Shown piece after piece: positions 18,974 through 27,999 of a stretch of 64,000 nucleotides of DNA. Position 1 is the stretch's first letter, and the number at the start of each line of letters is the position of its first letter. The DNA is from a virus, in IMG/VR virus record IMGVR_UViG_3300035661_000011, positions 32,001 to 96,000 of that record. The stretch is one strand, 5' to 3'. The position numbers and the translations under genes were made by a program. The notes below the pieces were generated by a model that had not been told where the DNA came from, did not search any database, and saw only the letters and a program-made list of their open reading frames with translations.

Positions 18974-19195
18974 ATGAAACACCGCAAATACAGACGGTAC
19001 GGTAAGCTACACATATGTAGATGTACACGTTGGGTCTTTATGAAAGGTATTTGGTGGAACTACAGTAAACTCAAACATTTTATTATAAACACACCCACTG
19101 TTAGTTTGTGTGTAGCGACAAGGAAACTTATTGTCGCAGATTTAAAAGCTCGATGGTATTCTGATAGAAGACTAGATTTTATTTTGGACAACTGA
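18974..19195 (+). CDS. Small basic hypothetical protein
   Basis: ATG 1 nt after the Nudix stop. MKHRKYRRYG... Confidence 0.45.
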   Translation: MKHRKYRRYGKLHICRCTRWVFMKGIWWNYSKLKHFIINTPTVSLCVATRKLIVADLKARWYSDRRLDFILDN

Positions 19196-19256
19196 CCCGA
19201 AATAATTTTTAGTTCACAAATTGACAAATAATAAAAGTGGTAACTTGGGATCGTGT

Positions 19257-19294
19257 ATGTGGACGCAGAGTGAATATTCACTCTGCGTCCACAT
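19257..19294 (+). terminator. 38-bp perfect palindrome followed by a long T run
   Basis: ATGTGGACGCAGAGTGAAT|ATTCACTCTGCGTCCACAT then TGTTG and a T13 run. Confidence 0.8.
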
Positions 19295-19342
19295 TGTTGT
19301 TTTTTTTTTTTTAATTTAGTATAAATTTACCAGATTAGATTC

Positions 19343-19357
19343 AAACCTATATTATCT
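19343..19357 (+). promoter_or_regulatory. Promoter motif AAACCTATATTATCT (one mismatch)
   Basis: Upstream of the HNH pseudogene. Confidence 0.55.
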
Positions 19358-19398
19358 AATTGAAATAAACGGTTGTTATTTTACTTGGGAGAGACTTA

Positions 19399-20435
19399 AT
19401 GTATAAGCCAATATCTGGCAATGAAGAGTATAAAATAAACAAAGGTGGTGTAGTTGTAGACTGTAATAATAGAGTGTGTTTACTACCTATGTTAGAAGAT
19501 AAGGTAGGAATACACCTATATGGCGTTCTAAGGCACGTTTACTTAGATTGGCTGTCTCCGTATGCCTTTTATGAAACACGTCTACCAGAGCACCTAAAAC
19601 ATCGTATAAACGATATTTGGTTTAATGAAGAGATAGTAATAAAAGATAAGATAGTAAAAGATAGAATGTATTTTTCTCAACCATTCTATTACAACGATGA
19701 ATTTAGGATAGTTCCTAATTACACAGATTATGCAGTTTCTATAGATGGACGAGTAATTAAAGTAAGTGCAGGGGAACTGTGTAGTCAGCATACTGGAGAT
19801 AATGTATATAGACGGATAACAGTTTGGGCAAAAGATATATCTAGTGATAAAGATTTAACTGTGCATAGACTACTAGCGTTAGCGTGAGTAAAGAATAAAA
19901 ATCCTCGTAAATTTAATGTAGTAAATCATCTAGATGGAGATAAATTAAATAACTACGCTTCTAACTTAGAGTGGACTGATGCTAATGGCAATATGCTACA
20001 TGCTCGTAAAATGGGTTTGTACTCCGATAACACCCAGTGTTAAAGTTTGAGTTAAACTATATTGCACCAGTTAAGACTATACAGGTCTTTAACATAGAAA
20101 CTAAGGAGATTACTACAGCTAAATCAGTTAGAGAGTTATGTCGAGAACTACCACTTAATTTTAGTAGTGTATTAGCGGTGTTAAATAAAGGGGAACAGTA
20201 TGTGTATTCAGGGTATGCGTTTTGGTATACTATAGAAAAAGATTGGGACACTAACTCCATACTACCTAAGTCGATTGGTAAGATAATAACAGCTGTAAAT
20301 AAATTGACTAATGAAATAATGGAATTTAGTTCGGTAAATTCAGCCAGTAGGTATTTTTCCGTAGATAAGAGAAATGTATTGAATAAGTTAAAAACTGGTG
20401 CTTTAATAAATGGATGGTGGTTAGTGGAAAAGTAA
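19399..20435 (+). pseudogene. Free-standing NUMOD4/HNH/NUMOD1-type homing endonuclease, disrupted
   Basis: FRIVPNYTDYAVSIDGRV...VHRLLALA-TGA(19885-87)-VKNKNPRKFNVVNHLDGDKLNNYASNLEW. Second stop/frameshift near 20040, then NUMOD1-like repeats (EFSSVNSASRYFSV). Confidence 0.85.
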
Positions 20436-20445
20436 TAATGTAATT

Positions 20446-20478
20446 CAGACACTACTCGATTTAATCGAGTAGTGTCTG
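20446..20478. terminator. 33-bp palindrome between convergent genes
   Basis: CAGACACTACTCGATT-T-AATCGAGTAGTGTCTG. Confidence 0.75.
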
Positions 20479-20485
20479 TTACCTA

Positions 20486-20819
20486 TTAATTTACATTGCA
20501 CATTTCTTTTTCAAATTCGGCATAAAATACATCTAGTGATGGCATACCATAGCAGGACATAGCTAATGAAACAGGGTTTGCTACGACTGAGGTTAAGTTG
20601 ATACCAATTTCTCTTTGCTGATATTCTTCCAGTCCTTCAATTTTACATAAAACAAAAACATTTGTTCCTTTTGATACATTGCCAATTTCACCACCCGAAG
20701 GATATGCCCCTGTTAAATCTATGTCAGATGCAAATAACATAATGTTAGTTGCCATTTCTGGAAACTCTTTAATTACACATAGTCCAAGTCCTTCTTCTAA
20801 CTCAGCAGCTAAAGTAATG
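20486..20819 (-). CDS. Exon 2 of the split family-B DNA polymerase N-terminal subunit (phiKZ gp82-like)
   Basis: (I)ITLAAELEEGLGLCVIKEFPEMAT...SDIDLTGAYPS (PolB motif A-like). In frame with exon 1 after intron removal. Confidence 0.85.
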
Positions 20820-21561
20820 CCTTTTGTCCCATTAGCTCGTTACACTAATGCGGTGTGCTAAGACACCCGCCTACACTCTCGTGTAGGAGCAGATCATATC
20901 ACCATCCTCTGAGATTAACCCAGGTGGGATGTGTACTATTTCTTCCTCATTTTATAACTAGAGGCTCTACACCCAGTTACGGGTTGATCGTTGAACGTTC
21001 TCCATATCACATAGTGACTTAGGAGCTTCGCGGCTGATTGACTCTACCTAATCATTTTCAGACATTCATAGCCTGTTTTCACGGCTATTGTAGTTGATTA
21101 GTCTAACGAGTTATTCCAGCAATTAAGTACATTTTTCATCTACCGATTCCTCGATAGGGGGACCTAAATTATCTGTTAGATAATATTTAATAAAATGAAC
21201 ACCACTTAAACATTCCACTGGTTGACTAAACGCGTAATACACATTGTCAAATTCTACATTGTTCGGATTGCTGTCATGGTACATGGACTTTATATAAACC
21301 CATTGAGATATAGGTACCGATATGTTATATTTACACACCGCAACCAAACTACCATACTCAAACTTACCAACCTCAGGTAAATCTGCGTAACATTTACCGC
21401 CCACACTTATTACAGGTAAAGAAGCATCTTTGTAATACACTTTACCGTTAAAGAATTTTAACCCATACACATTTTCATTTTTATTAAACATAACGAACAC
21501 CATATAGTTGATAAATATACTATATCAATAAAATGTTCGTGTATAACATATATCTTATTTG
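20820..21561 (-). mobile_element. Group I self-splicing intron (742 nt)
   Basis: Minus strand P AATTGCTGGAA, Q CAATCAGCCG, R GTTCAACGATCA, S GATATGATC. P3 TGTACT/AGTACA. IGS GGTCC (21160-21164) pairs exon GGAT/C with a U.G pair. Terminal G at 20820. Splicing yields ...RWIITLAAEL. Confidence 0.9.
21123..21503 (-). pseudogene. Truncated intron-encoded HNH-family homing endonuclease remnant
   Basis: YHDSNPNNVEFDNVYYAFSQPVE resembles the N-terminal region of phiKZ-type HNH genes. No catalytic HNH domain, and the ORF runs into the ribozyme core. Confidence 0.6.
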
Positions 21562-22940
21562 ATCCAACGTTCAGTAGTTGGGATTAATGAGTCCAACTTA
21601 CTAACCATATTCTTAGCGGTACTACCGATTACTAAACCCTCTTCCATTTCCTCTATATGTAAATCCGTAGATAGTCGTCTAGGGTTACTTTTAAACTTAT
21701 CAAAACTAGATGTGTCAACTTGAGGTCTAATGGTTTCACACAAGTCTTTTGTTTTCTCATCTAGAAGCTCCATAAACACACCGTCACCGAATAAATACGC
21801 CATATACTCAGGTTTGTATTTACTCTGCATAATTTGATGCCACAGACGTCCAGTTATCTTACTAGAGATAGCTTTAAACTTCATCTTACCAATTTGTAAA
21901 AACTCATGTAAGATTGCGTCTAAACCATATCCATTTCTTTGTTGCTCCCTAGCCCGTACTGTTCTAAATGTGGACATTGCGCAAATACAGTAAAAGCTAG
22001 CTGGCGCGTAAACAGTGTGCCATCGTTGAGATGGAACAGTTGCCATTCGTTCACCATTAGACTTAACTTTAAATGGAGCTTCTTTATTCCACTTAAAGTG
22101 TTTATAGTTGTCTGGTACAGATGGGTCGCTGAATATTAATGCTGGGTCTATATCTTCTTCTTTTAGTGCAGCTAACATATGTTCAATATCACCCTCCATG
22201 TTCCAGAATGCTAAGAAGTCTGGTTGGAGTTTGTGAACAGTTTTCATTAAAGCAATAACTACTTTAGTTTGGTTAGCGTGTACTGTAATTCTAAGGTCAA
22301 TATTTCTATTCTTAAGTAGGTCTTTATGGTGATACTCACACACCTCTCTTACTTTTTTCTTTATTAAGTCCGGTGACCAATCCCACCATTTAGCACTAAT
22401 TGCAATGTGCACTACATTCTTCATACTGACTATTCCAGATATGATTGGCTCTTTAGGGTCTTCCATAGACCACTCATAATCCATTACACAGACTGTACTT
22501 TTACTAAATATCTTACCATATCTTTCAGCATAGTCTGCTTTAAGTAAATCTTCCGATGTTATATCTGAGCCGTACACATACGGACTACTATTAACATCTC
22601 TTAACTGTGGTTCGTGGTCTGGCCTAAACCCTTTTATTTTTTCAAATATACTTTTGGTTAAGTTACTTTGAGTGCTGTAAAACTTATCTAATTTATCAAT
22701 TTCTTCAAACTCACGTTTGTCTTTGTGGGTTCTGTATTGTTTCTTGGTAATCCAGTATGGACGTTTATAGTTTTCAATTGTACGAAGTCTACGTTTAGGT
22801 TCAGAACCAGGTTTGTGTATTATTTCCTTTATAATTAATGCGTCGTTATTTTTGTTATATCTATCCCTTACAAATGTAGAAAACACATACTCGCGTTTAA
22901 TATCATCTTTACTATTCGGTGTGCTCATATTCATAACCAC
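21562..22940 (-). CDS. Exon 1 of the split family-B DNA polymerase N-terminal subunit (3'-5' exonuclease domain)
   Basis: ExoI VMDYE, ExoII FWNMEGDI, ExoIII YMAYLFGD, GYGLDAIL. Spliced product 570 aa from 22940. Confidence 0.88.
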
Positions 22941-23108
22941 ATTAATGTTTTATTTTGTGAGAAGTCAAAGTCTATATTGAAAAGGTATGTTAACTATCCC
23001 CTCTCACTAGTCGCATTATAGCTATTAACGATATATTAGAAATTTAGTGACGAATGATATGTTTAAAGTTTGTTAGAAACTAAGTAAATACACCAGTGTG
23101 GAGCGGTT

Positions 23109-24392
23109 ATGAGTAAATTAAAAATAGAAGGGTATGGCATTGAGGGAATTGACCATCAGTATAATTCTGAATTGGGTGCAAGGTTAGAGGGGTGTTTTAC
23201 AGAAATTAGAAAATCTCGTAACGTTACATCAAGAGTTTTAAAAGACTCGGGTTTATCTGCAATAGTGTCTAGTTGTACAGATGGTATGAAAGTGACGTTT
23301 GATGTGGATATGGAACAAGCTGATAACCTGTATGTGTTTATGCCGGATTTAAATAGAAACCATGTGTTACATGACCAGATTAGAACTATGGTTTATGAAG
23401 AACATGACGCTAAACCATTCTTAGAAAAGAAAGGTTTTTTATCAGGTGGAGTAAACTTAAAAAATGGCACTGTATCTGGTGACTACACTAAAGTTGAAGC
23501 TAACGTGTACATTGGTATAGGTCTACTATCACAGGGGTCGTGGTGCTCAATTAAGGAGCTCGTAGCAGGAGTTTTACATGAGATAGGACACTTCTTTAGT
23601 TACCTAGAAATGTTAGGGAGATTTCTTAGAACAAATTACTTATTGGATGAGTTTGTTTCAAAGATGTTAAAAGTGGAATCAAAAGAACAACGAACTGTTT
23701 TATTATCAGAGTTAGAAGAAAACACTAAAACTAAAATTGCTAAGAAAGCAGATATTGCTACAATGGCAAGAACTGGTGAAGCGTATAGTGTTTTAGTTTT
23801 AACACAAGCTGCTAAAGCTAGTGAATATGAGTTGGGTGTAAATGTATACGATGTGCGTGCATGGGAACAGTTAGCTGACAATTATGCAGCAAGACATGGT
23901 TACGCTAAACACCTTGCTATCTTCTTAGATAAGGTGTATAGAACGTATGGAAATAGACAATATGACTCTCCAACATACAGGGTGTTTTGTGAGATAACAA
24001 AAGTGTTTTGTTGGATACTACCACTGTATGCACTTCCAACTATGGGGTTTGCATTAGGATATGGGTTACTGACTGGGTTGATTCTAGGTAACCCATGTTC
24101 AGAAGAATACGACCCTCCAGATAAACGATTTATGAAACTTAAGCAGCAGACTGTCGATGCTTTAAAAGATAAAAAACTATCTAGGTCACAAAGGGTAAAG
24201 TTTCTTGAAGACCACGAAACAATAGATAGGTTAATTAACGACCTCAATAGTAAATCTGAAACAGTGTGGTATATGTGGTACACTATGTTTCCTTGGGGTA
24301 AAAAAGATGTTAAGGATGCTAAACATTTTCAAGAAGTAGAAGGGTTACTTAACAACGATTTGTTTGCTACAGTCGCATTGATTTCAATTTGA
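23109..24392 (+). CDS. Virion head protein with HExxH zincin-like motif
   Basis: AGVLHEIGHFF, EQLADNYAARHGY, N-terminal YGIE protease-type site, hydrophobic segment near residues 300-325. Confidence 0.75.
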   Translation: MSKLKIEGYGIEGIDHQYNSELGARLEGCFTEIRKSRNVTSRVLKDSGLSAIVSSCTDGMKVTFDVDMEQADNLYVFMPDLNRNHVLHDQIRTMVYEEHDAKPFLEKKGFLSGGVNLKNGTVSGDYTKVEANVYIGIGLLSQGSWCSIKELVAGVLHEIGHFFSYLEMLGRFLRTNYLLDEFVSKMLKVESKEQRTVLLSELEENTKTKIAKKADIATMARTGEAYSVLVLTQAAKASEYELGVNVYDVRAWEQLADNYAARHGYAKHLAIFLDKVYRTYGNRQYDSPTYRVFCEITKVFCWILPLYALPTMGFALGYGLLTGLILGNPCSEEYDPPDKRFMKLKQQTVDALKDKKLSRSQRVKFLEDHETIDRLINDLNSKSETVWYMWYTMFPWGKKDVKDAKHFQEVEGLLNNDLFATVALISI

Positions 24393-24398
24393 TACACC

Positions 24399-24430
24399 TA
24401 CATATCCACGCATTAATGCGTGGATATGTA
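24399..24430. terminator. 32-bp perfect palindrome
   Basis: TACATATCCACGCATT|AATGCGTGGATATGTA. Confidence 0.72.
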
Positions 24431-24433
24431 AAT

Positions 24434-24536
24434 TCAATAAATACTTATTTATATATCATCTAGTAGAGTAAACAATAATGTTTCTCTCTTTGCTATTAAG
24501 ATTTAATAGTTAATTATAGTTAGGGTATTTACAATG
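24434..24536 (+). repeat. Promoter/leader cassette copy 1
   Basis: First 50 nt identical to 62776-62825, remainder similar. Contains TTATATATCATCT. Confidence 0.85.
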
Positions 24537-25202
24537 AAAAATAAAATCGCTTTACTGAAAACTTTAGTACAAAACAACGACGCAGATGCGTTGAATGTAT
24601 TTAACACAGCAACAGCAGAAGTGTTGTTGTCTGAAGATGAAGGCGTTCAAGTCCAGCTAATGGCTGGGTGGTGGATGAGACTTCAAAAAGAAGTCCCAGG
24701 CATGAGCTCTTCCATAGATTTGTTCCAAGTTATTAAACTCGGATACAGTTTGAAAACTAAACTGGACAAGTTGTCCAATGAACAGAAAGAGGTTATCGCG
24801 AAAGCGATAACTGAAGCACTGGAGGATGAGACATTCCGTAAGGAATCAGCAGTTGTATTCCTCGAATACATTGTTGGTCGTGTGCAGTTGAGCACACTGA
24901 TAAAATCAGCAGTGGACTCCGTACTGTTGAAGTTAGCAGATGTAGATGAACTAAAACCATTCATGGGTGACATTACCCATGTGTTAAAACTGGCATTACC
25001 GCTTTTGGTGACAGCGGTAAAATCTACAGATATGCTGCTTGGGTGGTCCGGTAGATGGGTGGATGATACAGATTACTCTGTCCAGCGGTGTATTCGAGGA
25101 ATACCGGATGTAATAGTGTCACACCCTTACGGACCAATACTTAACCCTGAGTCACCAGAGGTTAAGGCTCAAATAGAAAGATTTAAATCTATATTTGGGT
25201 AA
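24534..25202 (+). CDS. Hypothetical helical protein, stand-alone transcription unit
   Basis: 222-aa ORF between the promoter cassette and a palindrome. Confidence 0.8.
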   Translation: MKNKIALLKTLVQNNDADALNVFNTATAEVLLSEDEGVQVQLMAGWWMRLQKEVPGMSSSIDLFQVIKLGYSLKTKLDKLSNEQKEVIAKAITEALEDETFRKESAVVFLEYIVGRVQLSTLIKSAVDSVLLKLADVDELKPFMGDITHVLKLALPLLVTAVKSTDMLLGWSGRWVDDTDYSVQRCIRGIPDVIVSHPYGPILNPESPEVKAQIERFKSIFG

Positions 25203-25207
25203 ACGTA

Positions 25208-25241
25208 ACAGCCATTGCACACAGTAGTGTGCAATGGCTGT
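25208..25241 (+). terminator. Hairpin, 15-bp stem with AGTA loop, downstream T run
   Basis: ACAGCCATTGCACAC-AGTA-GTGTGCAATGGCTGT. Confidence 0.78.
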
Positions 25242-25304
25242 GCTTGTACGTTTTTTTTTTTGCATTTTATACTATGTCAATAAAATCAATGGGAGTAGAA
25301 CCAA

Positions 25305-27551
25305 ATGTATACGTTAAAATGTTTCCAAATACCAGACTCCGATGAGAACATACATCGAGTAAAAGAATACTTATCGCGGGTAAATGTAAAGTGTAGAATT
25401 GATATACTCACGTACATCGTAGGTGTTAGTATTAAACCTACCGCTGCGTTAATAGGTGCATCGTCCGAGGAAATATCAAAAGACTTCGATATAGTGCATA
25501 CACCAGAGATTACTAATCTATTCGATGACCTAACTAATTCAGGAATAATATTCCCACGCCTTGTAGTTTTAAACAATATTAAAACTATATACATTCGTAG
25601 ATTACAACTAACTCGTAACGATTTATATCGTACATTCTCAGACAATGAGGAACACTGGTTATCATTCATTCAGTTACCTAATGAAATGGACTCTGATAAA
25701 AAACAGTGTGTAATGACAACTATAGGTGGAGCTGTATTACGGATATACGATTATATCTTAGAACAAAAAGGTGAAATGTTTAAATATAAATATAACACCT
25801 TACAAGATGGAACGTTTTGTAATTTGGTGGATGAAGCAATTAATAATTTAAAATATGATATTTCTTTCGAATTATCAGTGGCAGACTGGAGACGACTTAT
25901 ACACAGTGTTAAATCGTATCTGGTTAATCTTCAGTTTGGTATAGAATCACCAAATGAAACGCAGATTACCGCCACATTTGTAGCGTATTATTTGAAAAAC
26001 GCTAATGGGGTTTGGTCAGCTGAAAGTATTAAAAATTACATTGAAGCTTCAGAAACTTTGGAATTAGTTTCTATTGTACAAGACCCTTGTGGGTCAGAGT
26101 CTATTGGCTTAGAGGGAATCGATGTAAAAGGTGCAGAAGAATTGGTTTTTTACTCCGATGGTGCTGAGGACATTATCGATAGAGAAAACCTCAAGAATTT
26201 AGCTAGAGCTGTAGTAAGCTCGTTTAAATCATACTCAGATGACCATAGGCAGATGGAGGAGATTTTTGACAATGAAAAATTCGTAGGGTATGAAAGTCTT
26301 GAAGAATACGCTGAACATTTTCAAAAGGCTATTGAGTTAATGCAAAGACACTCTGGTGTTATCTTTGGTGCAGTAATTGCTTTAGTCATAGGTGTAGTGG
26401 GGTATATGCTTAAAAAGAAATTTGATGCTAGAGGCACTAAAGCTGAAGAAACAGTAAAAGAATACAACGAGATAGTGAAAAAGATAGAGTCTTTGTCTGG
26501 CGTAAGTGTAGAAAACAACTATATAAAGTATGGTGTTGTTGAAAAAAGTAAAGATATAGCAAACGACTTTAACAAAGCGTATTCTACTACACTCCACAAT
26601 ACATTACTACATGGTAAGGATGGATACGACTTACCTGGTTTAACAGCGACGATGACTGCGCATTTAGATGCGATAAAAGAATGTAGATCAGATTTTATAG
26701 AAATGTATAGTATTCTACAGAACGCAGTGTTAGAGGTGGGTAAGCCATCGGGAGAAACGTGTGCGACAATGATATCTAACGTTCAAACAATATTCCAATC
26801 AAAAGATTTTGACAAAATACAATATTCCAGAAAACCACTATACGAGTACGTTAAAGGTAAAGGTGGACACTATCCGTGGAGTTCTCCTAGTAATCAGATG
26901 TTAGAACTCATTAACCTAGACGTAGAGCGACACACCTCATTGGATGAGTCTAAAGTCGAAAGACATGATTTCTGGTCAGCTAGATACAATGTTAAGAACG
27001 ATAAAGGTGCCGCTAGGGTCATAGATAGTCTCAAACACCCATATAGCTACGCTGGCCCTGTACAGCCAGTAAACCACGAGGGTTTAAAATTAGGATGTAG
27101 TCTACTGGCACAATTTACACCAAGTGAAATGGTAAAACTAAACACCCTAAATAGCTCTGCATTAAAACTACAAAAGCAATTCGAAAATGAACATAGTGGT
27201 AATTCCACAAAAGCAATGTTGCAACACGGTGGTGGCGACCAAGTAATAAGTTGGCCACCAGAATATGCGAAAAACAACTCGCCGTGGGATTCATTAAAAC
27301 CTAGTAACAAGCATACTTCCACTAGAAAGAATGCAAGTGAAGTTATAACTGCTGTAATTTCGGGTGGAGTTCTACGTTCTAGAATTCATGCAGCAGCACA
27401 AATAGCTAGTTCTGTAAATGACTTACATAAAGTTACAGTTGCAATAGCCGCCATGACAACAACTGCGCAAGAATATTATAACTGTAGAAAAAATGAAGCG
27501 GCTATGATATATACACGCATAAAAGAAGAAGAAGAAGCTAAAAAGAAATAA
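25305..27551 (+). CDS. Putative virion/internal head protein with one TM-like segment
   Basis: FGIES, IGLEG, ESLEE protease-type sites before SGVIFGAVIALVIGVVGYML. Confidence 0.7.
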   Translation: MYTLKCFQIPDSDENIHRVKEYLSRVNVKCRIDILTYIVGVSIKPTAALIGASSEEISKDFDIVHTPEITNLFDDLTNSGIIFPRLVVLNNIKTIYIRRLQLTRNDLYRTFSDNEEHWLSFIQLPNEMDSDKKQCVMTTIGGAVLRIYDYILEQKGEMFKYKYNTLQDGTFCNLVDEAINNLKYDISFELSVADWRRLIHSVKSYLVNLQFGIESPNETQITATFVAYYLKNANGVWSAESIKNYIEASETLELVSIVQDPCGSESIGLEGIDVKGAEELVFYSDGAEDIIDRENLKNLARAVVSSFKSYSDDHRQMEEIFDNEKFVGYESLEEYAEHFQKAIELMQRHSGVIFGAVIALVIGVVGYMLKKKFDARGTKAEETVKEYNEIVKKIESLSGVSVENNYIKYGVVEKSKDIANDFNKAYSTTLHNTLLHGKDGYDLPGLTATMTAHLDAIKECRSDFIEMYSILQNAVLEVGKPSGETCATMISNVQTIFQSKDFDKIQYSRKPLYEYVKGKGGHYPWSSPSNQMLELINLDVERHTSLDESKVERHDFWSARYNVKNDKGAARVIDSLKHPYSYAGPVQPVNHEGLKLGCSLLAQFTPSEMVKLNTLNSSALKLQKQFENEHSGNSTKAMLQHGGGDQVISWPPEYAKNNSPWDSLKPSNKHTSTRKNASEVITAVISGGVLRSRIHAAAQIASSVNDLHKVTVAIAAMTTTAQEYYNCRKNEAAMIYTRIKEEEEAKKK

Positions 27552-27569
27552 TAAACTTAGGAAATAACA

Positions 27570-27944
27570 ATGTTTACATTAAACGACGATTGGGAAATTA
27601 GAAATATGGTTGGTGAAGTCGAAGGGTTCTCATTAGAAAGTCTAACTGATGACAATGCACAGCTATTAACTATGTTAGAAACAAAGAAAGTATTTAATGA
27701 ACAATACTTCAGTGATATGAAAAAATTAATTGAAGTTAGTAAGTTAGTTGGTTTAGAGGGTATGAACATAACACTGGCTAGTTTATTAGATGAAATGATT
27801 CCTGGGTTTATAACTGACAAAATGCCTATCTCAGCATTTACCAAAGACCCAACACCAGTACAGAAACAATACACTTTCAAAATGATAACTGATTTTAGTA
27901 GACAAGCTTTGTATAACCAAAAATACAGAGTTAATTCAGCTTAA
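27570..27944 (+). CDS. Small putative head protein
   Basis: FSLES and VGLEG sites, SAFTKDPT. AGGA RBS. Confidence 0.65.
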   Translation: MFTLNDDWEIRNMVGEVEGFSLESLTDDNAQLLTMLETKKVFNEQYFSDMKKLIEVSKLVGLEGMNITLASLLDEMIPGFITDKMPISAFTKDPTPVQKQYTFKMITDFSRQALYNQKYRVNSA

Positions 27945-27951
27945 TAAATAC

Positions 27952-27989
27952 ACGCCACCATAGTGAGGTTAACCTCACTATGGTGGCGT
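27952..27989. terminator. 38-bp perfect palindrome between convergent genes
   Basis: ACGCCACCATAGTGAGGTT|AACCTCACTATGGTGGCGT. Confidence 0.78.
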
Positions 27990-27999
27990 ACTACTTTTT

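Noticed and set aside
19885-19887. In-frame TGA at a Trp position suggesting genome-wide stop-codon reassignment
   Set aside because: Long core genes read intact in code 11, TGA terminates genes with ATGA overlaps (10138, 34334, 39424, 40089), and the same gene has a second lesion.
20679-20861. Plus-strand ORF across the intron 3' splice site
   Set aside because: Antisense shadow of polymerase exon 2 and the intron P9 region.
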